Source: an uncultured Planctomycetota bacterium
GTDB lineage: Bacteria; Planctomycetota; Planctomycetia; Gemmatales; Gemmataceae
Assembly: GCA_963849325.1 (NCBI GenBank)
Contig: CAWKHF010000010.1
Coordinates: 128,001 to 192,000 of the forward strand
Length of the DNA stretch: 64,000 nt
Reading direction: 5' to 3'
Shown here: in pieces, positions 9,239 to 20,319 of the stretch
How the letters are laid out: each line of letters starts with the position of its first letter
Position numbering within the stretch: position 1 is the first letter of the stretch
The notes under the pieces: generated by a model
Seen by the model: only the letters and a program-made list of their open reading frames with translations
Database searches by the model: none
Told to the model about the DNA's origin: nothing
Made by a program: the position numbers and the translations under genes

Positions 9239-10971
9239 TCAATCAAATATCCCTTTACTCGTTATCGTCACCGCCTGAGACTGGGTAACGCCGTTGCTGG
9301 CCTTGACGCGCAGCGTATAACGTCCGGGCCGGGCGGCCTTGACCTTCCAGGTGACGGGACTGTTACGGCTGACGGCGCCGGCCGGCAGCGGCGGCACGGC
9401 CTGCGTCTCCTCGCCGTCCACGCGCGTCAGACCGCGCGGCAACTCCAGCGTCACCATCTGCCGCGGCAACGGGTCGTTGACGTAGGCCGTCACCGTGAAT
9501 TCCTCGCCTGGCCGGAACGAGCCGCCGATAGTCAGTCCGAGCTTGCCGCCGCCCTCGCTGCTGGAGACGTGGCCCAGGCCATAGGCAAATCCCAGCTCGC
9601 GCTTCCCTTGCGGCGGCAGCTCCTTGGCGTCCCAGTAGAGGACGACGCACGAATCATCGCGGATCGGCTGGACGGGGAAATCCCAGTCGATGTGCGGCTT
9701 TTCAAACGCCCCCCACTGAAGCTGGTTGACCCAGTGACACAGCGTAACGCGGTCGGGACTGTCGAGGCGTCCGCCCAGCCGCAGCGTCAGGTGAGCGACG
9801 GTGCCTGGCTTGGCGAGGCTGGGGCGTTCCAGCGCCTGGATAAAGTCGGGCACGCTCGCCGCCGTGCGGAAGTCGCGCGACGTATCGCACAGGCCACTCG
9901 CTCCGGGAATGGTGAAGGGTACGCCGTCGTTGCCGCCGATGAAGGTGTCCAGCAGGAAACGGAAAGCTACCCGGTGCGGCCGTTGGTCCTGGTTCTCGAT
10001 GCGGTAGCGCACCAGGCAGGTGTCGAGACGGCGTTTGGTTTGACCGGGCGCGACTTGTTCGCCAGCCGTGATCTCGACGGTCTGCGTCACTTCGACGCGC
10101 TGTTGATCGTAGAAATACACGGATTCCCGGCCGATGCGTTGGCGTCCGCTGCGGTCCATGCCGAGCGCTCTCGCGCGTCGCGGCAGGTGCCGCGCAGGAT
10201 CGGCAGCTCCTTCGAGGGATCGGGGGTAAAGCCAGCGGTATCGCCCTTGCGACCACTCCCGCCGGTCCCGAAAACGAATTTGCCGAATAGGAAGGTCTCG
10301 CCGTCGATCTGCGTCAGGGCGGTATGGGTCTCCCCATCGTCTCGGAAGGTCAACCGCTTCGGTTTGCCCTTGTCGTCCTTCTCCTTGAGCATGGTCAAGC
10401 CGAAGCGCAGAGTGTCAAGCTGGGGGTCCGGGGATTCCTGGAACTTGACGGCCAGCAGGGGGTCGGGGTCGATGGGCAGCGCGACCACGGGGGCTTCCGG
10501 CTCTTCCTCCTGCGGTCCGCCGCCGACGAAGCGATCGCGGACCATGAAGACGAGCAGGACGAAGGCGAGTAGTCCCGCCGGCAGCAAGCGCAGGGCTGGC
10601 GGCCACTGACGGAAATCCAGCCGTGGCGCCGGCGCGGATGCCGGGATCGCGGAAGGCGGAGGGACCGGGCGGGCCGCCGGTGCGGCATCCTTGCCGACGA
10701 GGTGGCCGCACTCCAGGCAGGCCCGTGCTTGCGGCGCCAACGGCGCCTGACAGGCGGGACAGGTACGCATGGCGGAGGGCCGAGGCAGCGGCGGAGGCGC
10801 GGGCACGACGGCCGCGCGGGCCAAAGGCACAGACGCCGGCGCCGGTGCCGGTGCCGGTGCCAGCAAGGCGAAGACGCCCTGGCAGTGCGGGCAGCGGACT
10901 TGACGGGCCGATACCCCCGTCGGCAACTGCAACGCCCGCTTGCAGTGCGGACACGAAACGAGCTGAGACAT
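9239..10971 (-). CDS. Zinc-ribbon/TM protein with beta-rich C-terminal domains; frameshift near 10150
   Basis: MSQLVSCPHC...CPAC..CLEC, Pro-rich linker, TM; continues into ORF 9239..10159. Confidence 0.7.
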
Positions 10972-10990
10972 GGTGCGCCCTCCCGGAGCC

Positions 10991-11914
10991 TCACTTGGCG
11001 CGACGGCCGCGCTCCCCGAAGCGCAGGACACTTCGCCCCACCCGGATCAGGTCGCCCGAACGGAGGGGCGACGGTTGCGTAACGCGAGTCTCGTTGAGAT
11101 ACGTCCCGCCGCTGCTGTCGGCATCGACGAGGAGATACCGGCCGCCTTGCTGCAAGATGCGGGCGTGCCGCGGCTCGACGCCGGGATCACCAAACAGGCC
11201 AATGTCGCAGGACTCGGCCCGGCCAATCAGCGTCTCACTCTTGCTCAGAAGCAACTCGCGGCCGGCGCGAAAGCCGGCTTCAACGCGCACCCACGCTTCG
11301 CGCAACACCACCTGGGCCAGACCGATCAGCAGGCCGATGCAAACGCCGAGCACCACGAAGCCGATGGCACTGGGACTCCACAACAGCTCCTGCGGCTGGG
11401 CGGCGAACAGCACCTTCCACAGACCGCGGAGCGAGACGTATAGGACACCGCCCAGCAGTCCGCCGACGGCGCCGCCGATCAGACCGTTGAGGAGCTTGCG
11501 CCGCGCCGCTCCCCTCCTCGCCGCGGACCAGGCTGGCCAAGACCTCGAAGACGCCGATGGACAGGCCAACCAGCAGGCCGGTACACGTCCAGCCGAGGAC
11601 GAGGAACAGCGACCACTCGGTCCAGCCGAAAAACGCTTGTCCGAGCAGGCCGCCAAAGAAGCCGCCGAGACAGCCAACCAGCACGGCCGTGCCGCGCGCA
11701 GGGCCACTTGACCAGCCTGGCGTAGCGACAGCACCCATAACGCATCGACCAGTCCGACGCCCAGCGCCACGGTCAGGCCCAGGAATACGCCCTTGACGCC
11801 GGCCTGGATGACCAGCGGTGTTTCCGGGGCCAACCAGCGGCCCAGCAACCAGCCGAACAGGGCGGCCCAACCGCCGAACAGGGCACAGTAGTAAATGAAC
11901 CAGCGAAACGACAT
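10991..11914 (-). CDS. Multi-pass membrane protein with C-terminal FHA domain; compensating frameshifts
   Basis: IGRAESCDI...HARI...DADSSGGTYLN...LRSGDLIRVG; missing TM segment lies in the frame of ORF 11280..11870. Confidence 0.85.
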   Translation of the reverse strand: MSFRWFIYYCALFGGWAALFGWLLGRWLAPETPLVIQAGVKGVFLGLTVALGVGLVDALWVLSLRQAGQVALRAARPCWLAVSAASLAACSDKRFSAGPSGRCSSSSAGRVPACWLACPSASSRSWPAWSAARRGAARRKLLNGLIGGAVGGLLGGVLYVSLRGLWKVLFAAQPQELLWSPSAIGFVVLGVCIGLLIGLAQVVLREAWVRVEAGFRAGRELLLSKSETLIGRAESCDIGLFGDPGVEPRHARILQQGGRYLLVDADSSGGTYLNETRVTQPSPLRSGDLIRVGRSVLRFGERGRRAK

Positions 11915-11971
11915 CGCATCGGCCCCCTCGATTCGTCCGCCGCCGCTGCTCCGCGCCGCGCGGCGCGGAGG

Positions 11972-12304
11972 TCAGGAGGAAACAACAGACGCCGGGCCTT
12001 CCGCGCCCTCGCCGACCGACAGGGTCACGGGCACGACGAAACTCTGTGCGTCGTTCACCGTCACGCGGACGCGCGCGTGCAGCGTCTCGCCGGGCCGGTT
12101 CGGCACGGCCGGCACCACCAAGACGATGGTGGCGCGGGCGTCCTCGAGTTGCGTTGCGCCGATGCCGAGCCAGGCTTGATCGCTGCTGGCCTGGGCGCGC
12201 ACCGGCTTGGCTCCCAGCATCTTCGGCCGCGCCGACAGGACGTGTTTAAGCCGTTCGCCCACCCGGCCGCGCAGGTGGATCCCCGCGCTTGTCTTGACGC
12301 GCAC
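11972..12304 (-). CDS. Hypothetical beta-rich (Ig-like) protein or gene fragment; start uncertain
   Basis: 'ASSDQAWL...ARVRVTVN..FVVPVTLSV'. Confidence 0.45.
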   Translation of the reverse strand: MRVKTSAGIHLRGRVGERLKHVLSARPKMLGAKPVRAQASSDQAWLGIGATQLEDARATIVLVVPAVPNRPGETLHARVRVTVNDAQSFVVPVTLSVGEGAEGPASVVSS

Positions 12305-12613
12305 CGGCTCGACCGAGAGCGGACGGTCGAACGACGGGCGGCACCGGATCGGGAACGACGATGGCCAGCGGAGCCTGGATCGAGACCGCCGGCCCAGCGG
12401 AACTACTCTCCGCGTCCTTGAGAAACTGATAGATAGTTCACACCTCTTACGGATCGTCTCATCCGGAGCAAATTCTGTCCAGCGAAAATCCGAAATTGCG
12501 CGACGGGACGCCCGGAAAGGATGCGGACTGGTCGTAAACCCGCGGCCCTCTCTATAACGACGAAGAGTTTCGTGGGCCTCGGCGTGCTATCGAGCGGAAT
12601 GGGTCGGGATCGC

Positions 12614-13503
12614 ATGTCCAACTCTTTGCCACCGCTGACCGTGGTTACGGACGTGCCGCGTTTGTCGTCGCGCCCGCCGGACGCCAACAAGGGCACCTTC
12701 GGCCGCATCCTGATCGTTGCCGGCAGTCGCGGCATGTCGGGTGCGGCGGTGCTGTGCGCTCGGCCGCGCTGCGCGGCGGCGCCGGCCTGGTACGGCTGGC
12801 CGTGCCCGAAGGCATTCTTCCCATCGTCGCCGCCGCCAATTCCTGCTACACGACCGCCCCTCTCCCCGAGGACGATCACGGCCGGTTGAGCGGCGCGGCC
12901 CTGCCGCAACTGCTGGAGCTGGTGCGCGGCAACAGCGTCGCCGCGCTCGGCCCGGGGCTGGGACAAACCGCCGACCTCGCGGACATGCTCGTTGCCATTC
13001 TCGAACAGACGAACACGCCCCTCGTCCTGGATGCCGATGCTCTCAACGTGCTCGTCGGCCGTCTCGACGCCCTGCGCCGGCATCAGGGACCGATCGTCCT
13101 CACGCCGCATCCCGGCGAGTTCGCCCGCCTGCTCGGCTGCGACATCCCGACCGTGCAGGCGCGGCGTTCGGAGTTGGCGGCCGCGTTCGCCGCCGCGCAC
13201 GGCGTCGTCCTCGTCCTCAAGGGGCATGGCACGATCGTCACGGACGGCCGCCGCCTGTACGTCAACACGACGGGCAATCCCGGCATGGCCACCGGCGGCA
13301 CCGGCGACGTGCTGGGCGGTCTGATCGCGGCCCTCATCGGACAAAAGTTGGAAACATTTGCGGCCGCTCAGCTGGGCGTGTATCTTCATGGTCTGGCCGG
13401 CGATGCGGCGCGCCGGCAAGTTGGCGAAGTCTCGTTGATCGCCTCGGACCTGCTGGAGTTTTTGCCGCAGGCATTCCTCGCCCACGCTCCGCAATCGAAG
13501 TAG
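12614..13503 (+). CDS. nnrD: ADP-dependent NAD(P)H-hydrate dehydratase; frameshift near 12760
   Basis: NKGTFGRILIVAGSRGMSGAA, LGPGLG, VLDADAL, LTPHPGEF, GMATGGTGDVL. Confidence 0.92.
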
Positions 13504-13543
13504 ACGTTCCACCGTTTCATGGTCCCGCCAGGACTGGACTTTT

Positions 13544-14530
13544 ATGAACCTTCTTTGTCCGAATTGTCAGAAAATGCTCACCGTCCCGGAGGAGTTCGCC
13601 GGTCAGCTGATGAAGTGCCCTCTGTGCAACGGCACCTTCACGGTGCCCGGTCTGCCCGGCGCGCCGCCGCCGCCAAGCGCTCCGGCGCCGGACGTCTACT
13701 CGGTTCGCAACGACCCGGCCCCGCCGCCTCCGCCTCCCCTTGCGCCTCCGCCGCTGTCGAACCTGGAACCGTCGCCTCCGCTGTCGTCGTCGGCCGTGAC
13801 CTCGAAGCCTTCGCCGGGGCCGTCGCTGTCGCCGCTGCCGCCGGAAGGCTATCAGCACACCGCGACCGTGTGGTTCAGTCCGAAGGTACTGGCGTGGCTG
13901 GCCCCGGCGTGTTTGCTGCTGGTGTTCGTGCTGCAAATCTTCGACTGGGTAGGTCTCTACCCCGGCGGGGTGCGGGCGATGTCGGGCAACGCCTGGTATG
14001 CCGCCTTCGGTTTGTACGACGTAGACGGTGACCTGAAGCAGGAGGTCCCCTTCATCGCGGACGAGAAGCAGAAACCCGGCTGGAGCATCTTGACCGTCTT
14101 CTACCTGCTGCTGTTTTTCCCTGTTTTGGTGGTGACGATCGCCAGCGTGGCCATCACCATGATCCAGGTCAAATTGCCGCCCCAGGTGGAGCAACTGCTG
14201 CCCTGGCGCTGGGGCATCGTGGCGGCGGTCAATCTCATTCTGTTCCTCTTCCTGGCCCTCCAGGTGCTCCTGGGCTTCAGCCTTGATGGCCAATACACGG
14301 AATGGGTAGACAAGGAAATGAAGAGCGAAGCCAAGAACAACCCGACCACTCCGGAACGGAAAAAGACGGAGGCACAACGCGGAGAGAAGATGGAGGTGCT
14401 GCGCCATACGTTCTGGCTGCGCCTGGTCGTGTTCCTGCACCTCGTGGCGATCCTCAGCGCGGTGTTGATGTTCTGGATCAACCAGCGCGGCACCCATCGC
14501 CCGATGCCCAAGCTGGAGTTGGTGTGGTGA
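13544..14530 (+). CDS. Zinc-ribbon, Pro-rich membrane protein
   Basis: CPNC...CPLC, Pro linker, four TM segments. Confidence 0.8.
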   Translation: MNLLCPNCQKMLTVPEEFAGQLMKCPLCNGTFTVPGLPGAPPPPSAPAPDVYSVRNDPAPPPPPPLAPPPLSNLEPSPPLSSSAVTSKPSPGPSLSPLPPEGYQHTATVWFSPKVLAWLAPACLLLVFVLQIFDWVGLYPGGVRAMSGNAWYAAFGLYDVDGDLKQEVPFIADEKQKPGWSILTVFYLLLFFPVLVVTIASVAITMIQVKLPPQVEQLLPWRWGIVAAVNLILFLFLALQVLLGFSLDGQYTEWVDKEMKSEAKNNPTTPERKKTEAQRGEKMEVLRHTFWLRLVVFLHLVAILSAVLMFWINQRGTHRPMPKLELVW

Positions 14531-14533
14531 GTG

Positions 14534-14591
14534 ACAAGCCCGGAGCGCTAGCAACGGGTGCTTTGGTCCGTCGCGGACGCTCCGGGCTTGT
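14534..14591. repeat. REP-like hairpin between convergent genes
   Basis: ACAAGCCCGGAGCG...CGCTCCGGGCTTGT; relative at 29350-29407. Confidence 0.8.
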
Positions 14592-14598
14592 CCACGCC

Positions 14599-15426
14599 TC
14601 AATCCCAAACCGCCGCTTCCTCGCCGTCCAGGCGCAGCGTCAGACACTTGGCGCTGCCGCCGGACTTGATGAACTCGTCCAGTTCCACCGCCACCGGCGC
14701 GTAGCCGCGCGCCTGCAAGTCGGCGGCCAGCTTGTCGCAGCCGGCGTTGAGGACGACCGTCTTACCGACGACGACGGCGTTGCAGCCAAAACACCGCGCC
14801 TCGGCCTCGCTCGCCGCGATGAGGTTCGGGATGTGGCTCTCGATGACCCGCCGGCCGTAGGCGTCGAAGGCGTCGGGATACCACAACGCTTCATCGGGAG
14901 CCAGCGGACAAAAGCACGTATCGAGATGGTAGAAATAGGGATTGACCAGTTCCATCGGCAGGACTTGCTTTTGCAGGATTCCGCCGAGATACTGATGCCC
15001 CTGCACGTCGCTGCGGATGCGATAGCCGGCGAACAGCGTCGTCCCGCAGAATAGGGCGTCGCCGGCGCCCTCGAAGTACATCCCTTCGGGCAGATGTTCG
15101 ATGGCGAAGCCGTGCGCCGCAAACCAGGCGTCGAAGTGCAGCGTCTCGCGGGCGCGCTCCTCGTGACGGAAGCGCGAGCTGAAAAAACGCTTGTCGAACA
15201 TCAGTCCGGCGTTGGCCGTGAACACCAGGTCGGGCAGTCCCGACTGCGGCGCCAGCAATTCGACCGCCACGCCCAAGTCAACGAGCGTGTCATGCAGCCG
15301 CTGCCACTGCTGCCGCGCTCGCTCCCGCGAGCTGCCGCGCGCCCGGTTCATCCACGGATTGATCTCGTACTCAATGCCGTAGTAATCCGGCGGACACATC
15401 AAAATGCGTGGCTGTCTCACGAACAA
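14599..15426 (-). CDS. Amidinotransferase/dimethylargininase family hydrolase
   Basis: YEINPWM, PDLVFTANAG, FEGAGD, YHLDTCF, GGSAKCLTL. Confidence 0.9.
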   Translation of the reverse strand: MFVRQPRILMCPPDYYGIEYEINPWMNRARGSSRERARQQWQRLHDTLVDLGVAVELLAPQSGLPDLVFTANAGLMFDKRFFSSRFRHEERARETLHFDAWFAAHGFAIEHLPEGMYFEGAGDALFCGTTLFAGYRIRSDVQGHQYLGGILQKQVLPMELVNPYFYHLDTCFCPLAPDEALWYPDAFDAYGRRVIESHIPNLIAASEAEARCFGCNAVVVGKTVVLNAGCDKLAADLQARGYAPVAVELDEFIKSGGSAKCLTLRLDGEEAAVWD

Positions 15427-15642
15427 CTCCCAAGCGACGCTTTGCTGCTCCTTGCCCTACCGGAAACGGTTGAACAGGCTTCTTTGTGGCCCGCACCAGG
15501 ATCTTCGCCGCTCGGGCCACGGGCCTTGCCTGAGGAGCCTCTGTGACCGATTCTACACGATGTCGGCAAGGAAAGCGGCTCGTTCGTTCTTCCCGCTCGG
15601 CGGCCCCTAGCTTTTGCTCCGCCGCTTTGCTAAACCCAAAAC

Positions 15643-18537
15643 ATGAACGCGCGCGAGTTAATCCTTCTGAGTCCGTACCGGCCTCCGACGCAAAACACTC
15701 TCTATCTCGGCGACGAGGAAGTGTCCGCCTTCCTCAACGGCTACACGGCGCTGTGGCACCCCGCCGCGCTGGTCGGCGCTTCCGGCCCGCCGCGCCTCGG
15801 CTCTCCTTACGACTACGAGCAGCCCACGGCCGGACACCTTTACTGCGTGCCGGACAATCCGCCGCTGGTGCTGCCCGACGACTGGGACGAGCGCGTTCGC
15901 GCCGCCGGCGCCCTGGCGTTTCGTTCCACCCAGGAACGCGAGTCCACCTTGGCCAATCTGCGCGAGGCGCTGCGCGGATGGGGCGATAACGCCGCGGCGT
16001 CGCTGCCGTTGCTCGACCTGGGGCCGGAGCGCGAGGCACCGTTTTTCGGCATCGGCTTCGGTCATCTGCACGTCGAGGCGCTGTTCGAGGCGATGTCGCA
16101 CGAGAACCTGCTGGCCGCCTCGGAGTTCTGGCAGGACGTGACGGCGGCCGTGACAGCCCTGGGTGAGTCCGATCCGGAAGCGCCGCGCCGTCATTTGCAG
16201 TCGGCCGCCGACCGCCTGCTGGCGGCGCGCGAAGTCCTCTATCCCGTCACGCTGCACCTACTCGATTTGTGCCTGCTCGACGGCGAGCATCTCGACGCCG
16301 CTTGGCCGCGGAGCTTCGACAAGGGAATACCCCTGAACGTCGTCGCCTGCTCCGCCCTCCTCGAACGGCTCGGCAAGGAACAATCCCAGCGCCTGGCGGC
16401 ACTGCGCGAACGCATCGAGGGCGACATCGCGGAAGTCTGCGGCGGCCCGTATCTCGAACGCGAGGACGCCCTTCTGCCACTCGAATCGCAGACGTGGAAC
16501 CTCCTGAAAGGGCGGCAAATTCATCGGGAATTGCTCGGTCAGGAGCTGCGCGTCTTCGCCCGCCGGCGCTTCGGTTTCCATCCGCACCTGCCGCTGTTGT
16601 TGCAGAACGTCGGCATTACGCGCGCCCTCCTCGTCGCCTTCGACGAGGCCGTGCTGCCGTCGTATCGTTCGCCGGTCGTCAGTTGGCCGTCGCCGGACGG
16701 CAAGTCGGTCGAGGCGTTCACCCGCGCGCCGCACCCCGCCGACAGTGCCCAGACCTTTTTCCACCTGACCTATCACCTGCACCAGACCATCATGCAGGAC
16801 CAGGCCGCCACGCTGGCACTGTTGCACCGCGACAAACCGGCCGGTCCCTGGTACGACGACTGGCTGGAGTTGAGCCGCTTCGCTCCTGTGCTCGGCCGCT
16901 GGACAACGCTGTCGAATTACTTCGGCGAGGTCATGCCCGGCGATTACACTTCCGCCGCCGAGGCCGACGAGTTCCACGGCGACTACCTCGTCGAACGCTG
17001 CCCGGTCGAGGGCTACGCCGGTGACACGCCGGAATTGCCGGCTTCGCCCGGTCGGGGCGGAGACCAGCCGATCAGTATGTTCGCGCGCCAGGTGCGCGCC
17101 CGCCGCAAGCTGGATACGGCCTGGACCCTGGCCGCCTTGCAGCGCAGCCTGGGTGGCCCACTTCCCGAGATGGAGGGCATCGATCTGTTGACGCATCTGG
17201 CCCACGTCGAGGACCGCGTGGAGGTCGAGTCGGCGCCGCCGGAAGAGGAATTGACGGCGGTACTGGCGAGGACGGCGGAGGCGTTGGCTCAGCGCCTGGT
17301 GGCGCGCGGGCAGGCGAATAATCCGGGCTTTCTGGTGCTCAACCCGTGCAGCTTCAAGCGTCGCGTGGCCCTGGAGCTGGAAGGCGTGTACTCGCTGCCG
17401 CCGCTGGCCGGCCCGCTCAAGGCCTGCCAGCTCGACGGCACGACGGCGCGCGTCGTCGTCGAAGTGCCGGCGCTGGGGTTCGCCTGGATACCGAAGGAAG
17501 GACCGCCCGGCAGCGCCGACCCGGCGCATGCGGCTGGCCGACGAGCGCTGTGTCCGCAACGAGTTCTTCGAGGCGGAGGTCGATGCGCAGACAGGCGGAC
17601 TGCGCGCCATCCGCGATCCGCGCACGCGCGTCAGCCGGCTCGGCCAGCAACTCGTGTTCAACCCCGGCGGCAGCCCGCGCGTCCAGCAGATTCGTACCAT
17701 CTCGCAAGGCCCGGCCCTCGGCGAGATTGTCAGCGAGGGCGTCCTGCTCGACACCCAGGGGCAGGTGCTGGCCCACTTCCGCCAGCGTTTCCGCGCCTGG
17801 CTGGGTCGGCCGGTGCTCGACCTGCGCATCGAAGTCGCGCCGGTCCAGCCCCCGCAAGGTTATCCCTGGCACGCCTATTACGCCGCTCGCTTCGCCTGGC
17901 GCAACGAGCGCGCCACCCTGGTACGCGGCGTCAACGGCATCCCCTCGATCACCAGCCATTCCCGGCCGGAGACGCCCGATTACCTCGAAATCCGCCTGGG
18001 CCGCGAGAACACGGTGCTCTTTCCCGGCGGTCTGCCCTTCCACCAGCGCCACGGCGGCCGCATGATCGACGTCCTGCTGGTGTGTCCAGGGGAGAAGACG
18101 CAGGCGTTTGACCTGGCCATTGGCCTGGACCGCGAATATCCGATGCAGACGGCCCTGGGCATGGTGACGCCGGCGCCGGTGACGGCGACGACGCAAGGTC
18201 CGCCGCACGTCGGCGCCGAGGGTTGGCTGTTCCACCTCGACGCCCCCAATCTGCTGCTGACCAGTTTTCGGCCGGCACCCCCCTCACCCTACCCTCTCCC
18301 CCCCAGGGGGGAGAGGGTAGGGTGAGGGGGGACAGCACGGCCGGTATCGTGGCGCGGCTGCTGGAGTGCGGCGGTTTCGGCGGTCACGCCGAGCTGCGCT
18401 GCGTCCGCGATCCGCAGCGAGCTGTGATGCTCGATGCCCGAGGCGAGGCGCAGATGGACGCCCCCATCCAGGGCGACGCCGTCCTGCTCGACGTGGGACG
18501 CAACGACCTCGTGCAGCTGCGCGTCGATTTCGACTGA
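15643..18537 (+). CDS. Large GH38/alpha-mannosidase-like fold protein; frameshifts near 17520 and 18280
   Basis: ORFs 15643, 17528 and 18223 join; VLNPCSFKR, NEFFEAEVDAQTGGL, IVARLLECGG resemble GH38 domains. Confidence 0.65.
18278..18331. repeat. CCCCTCACCCTACCCTCTCCCC palindrome inside a CDS
   Basis: Inverted repeat; reads PLTLPSPPQGGEGRVRG. Confidence 0.85.
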
Positions 18538-18553
18538 GAGTCTGTCCCGGAAG

Positions 18554-18726
18554 CCCCTCTCCCCCTGTACTCCGGGGGAGAGGGGTTGGGGTGAGGGAGT
18601 GTGCTTTCCGCCGGTTTCTCCCCCTCACCCCCAACCCCTCTCCCCCGAGTACGGGGGAGAGGGGGGGAGGCAGCACGTCTCCCCCTTATTGTTTCCCCTC
18701 TCCCCCGAGTACGGGGGAGAGGGGGG
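18554..18726. repeat. Cluster of CCCCTCTCCCCC-GTAC-GGGGGAGAGGGG palindromes
   Basis: Three related hairpins. Confidence 0.85.
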
Positions 18727-19081
18727 CTTGTGGGACAGACTCGGAGCGTTACGACGCCTGCAAGTTCGGGCCAAGTCCCAAGCGGCTGTAAAGGCCAACC
18801 CTCTCTCCCGACCGACTTTTTCCTGCCGCATCGGCGCGCTGGCGCCGGTCCTGCCCACGGCTCGCAAGAAAGTCTTCCTGCGACTTGAAGCGAAAGGGCG
18901 AAAAACGCCGGAGACGGCGCGGGCGCGACGGAAAACGCCGCACAGGTGTTTTCTCCCCCCTGTCCCGGAGAGTTTTCCCTGGATGCCTGGCTCCTCATGG
19001 GTAATGCTTGGGATGTCCCGGCTCAGGCAGTTCTCGCGGCGAGACGCGGGCCGGCCAACGGAAACACAGAGGATCAGGTAC

Positions 19082-19564
19082 ATGAAGCGATTGATGCTGG
19101 TGGGCCTTCTGGCCCTGGGAGTGGCGGCCAGCGCCCGGCCGGCGCGGGCGGATTGCCGTTTCGAGTGGAACGTGTGTCGGAACATTTGTTTCGAGCACAC
19201 CAGCAAAAAGCGTTGTTTTTCCTACAGCAGTTATAACAACCCGTTGTCTGGCCACGGGGGCGGCGGTTACGCCGGGCCGGCCATGTGGGACGGCTACCAT
19301 CCCTACGCGGCCCCGGCCTACGGCGCCGTTCCCGTCGCCGCGGCGCCGGCCGCCGCCAAGCCGTCGTTCACCGCTCCGCAGCCGACGCCCGCCCGCAATT
19401 CCTCGGTGACGCCGACGGGACTGCAACAGGCAGGCTATTTCTACTATGCTCCGGCGACCAACGCCGGTTACGGCTACGGCGCGGGTTACGGCTATGCCGC
19501 GGGTTACGGCTACGGCTACGGGGTCGGCTCTTTCCAGGCTCCGAACTACTGGTACGACAATTGA
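19082..19564 (+). CDS. Secreted Tyr/Gly/Pro-rich protein ending QAPNYWYDN
   Basis: Signal peptide MKRLMLVGLL...ARA; 4 Cys; GYGYGAGYGY repeats. Confidence 0.8.
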   Translation: MKRLMLVGLLALGVAASARPARADCRFEWNVCRNICFEHTSKKRCFSYSSYNNPLSGHGGGGYAGPAMWDGYHPYAAPAYGAVPVAAAPAAAKPSFTAPQPTPARNSSVTPTGLQQAGYFYYAPATNAGYGYGAGYGYAAGYGYGYGVGSFQAPNYWYDN

Positions 19565-19588
19565 TGAGGCCCAGAAGCAGAAAAGGTC

Positions 19589-19683
19589 TCACGCCAAGGC
19601 GCCAAGAACGCAAAGAAAGACAAAGGAGGATCGCATAGCTCCTTCTTTGTCTTTCTTTGCGTTCTTGGCGCCTTTGCGTGAGG
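19589..19683. repeat. Long hairpin (CACGCCAAGGCGCCAAGAACGCAAAG family)
   Basis: About 40-bp near-perfect inverted repeat. Confidence 0.9.
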
Positions 19684-19867
19684 CTCTTCTTGATCCAACT
19701 CTGCCCGGGACGGCGGCCGCGAGAGAGAATCGGAGGCCGCTGGCGCGGACGTTTTGCTGGACGGCGGGCCATCCACCGGGAATGGTTGAGCGTCCGCGCT
19801 TGGGGTGTTTTTTCAGGAAGCCGCGCTCGTTCGCCGGAGCGCATCGCCCTCACAGGAGAGATCTCGT

Positions 19868-20307
19868 ATGAAAAAGCTATTCGGCGCCGCTCTGCTGGCG
19901 TTGCCGTTGTTGGCTGGGTCGGCCTGTGCCGAAGGTTGGCCCTTTAACGTCCAGATGGGAGGCAGTTTCTACTTTTACGGGACGCGGGCGCCGCCCGCCC
20001 GCAGGCCGGCCCGTGGTATCTGTACTGGCCGCTGGAAGCGCACTTCCTGACCCCGGCGCCGACGGGCTATCCCTACTGGCCCGGCCCGCAGGTGCTGCCG
20101 GGGACGACCCTCGGCGGGCCGGCGTACGCGCCGCACGCACCAGCCGCCCCGCCCGCCATCGCCCCCGCTCCCGCCGCGACTGCTCCCGCGCCGCGAACGG
20201 CACCGCCAACCGGGCCACAAATTTCCGTCCCCCCCTACCTTCAGCCGACGAGCTATTCCTCCAACGGCTACCCCGCACAGGTGCCGAGCTACTGGTACGA
20301 TCGCTGA
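19868..20307 (+). CDS. Secreted Pro/Tyr-rich protein ending QVPSYWYDR; frameshift near 19990
   Basis: AGGAG RBS; MKKLFGAALL...ACA signal; continues AGPWYLYWPLEAHF into ORF 20092..20307. Confidence 0.75.
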
Positions 20308-20319
20308 TCGGCTCGTCTC

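Noticed and set aside
12614-13503. nnrD separate from nnrE
   Set aside because: Unfused NAD(P)HX repair genes are common
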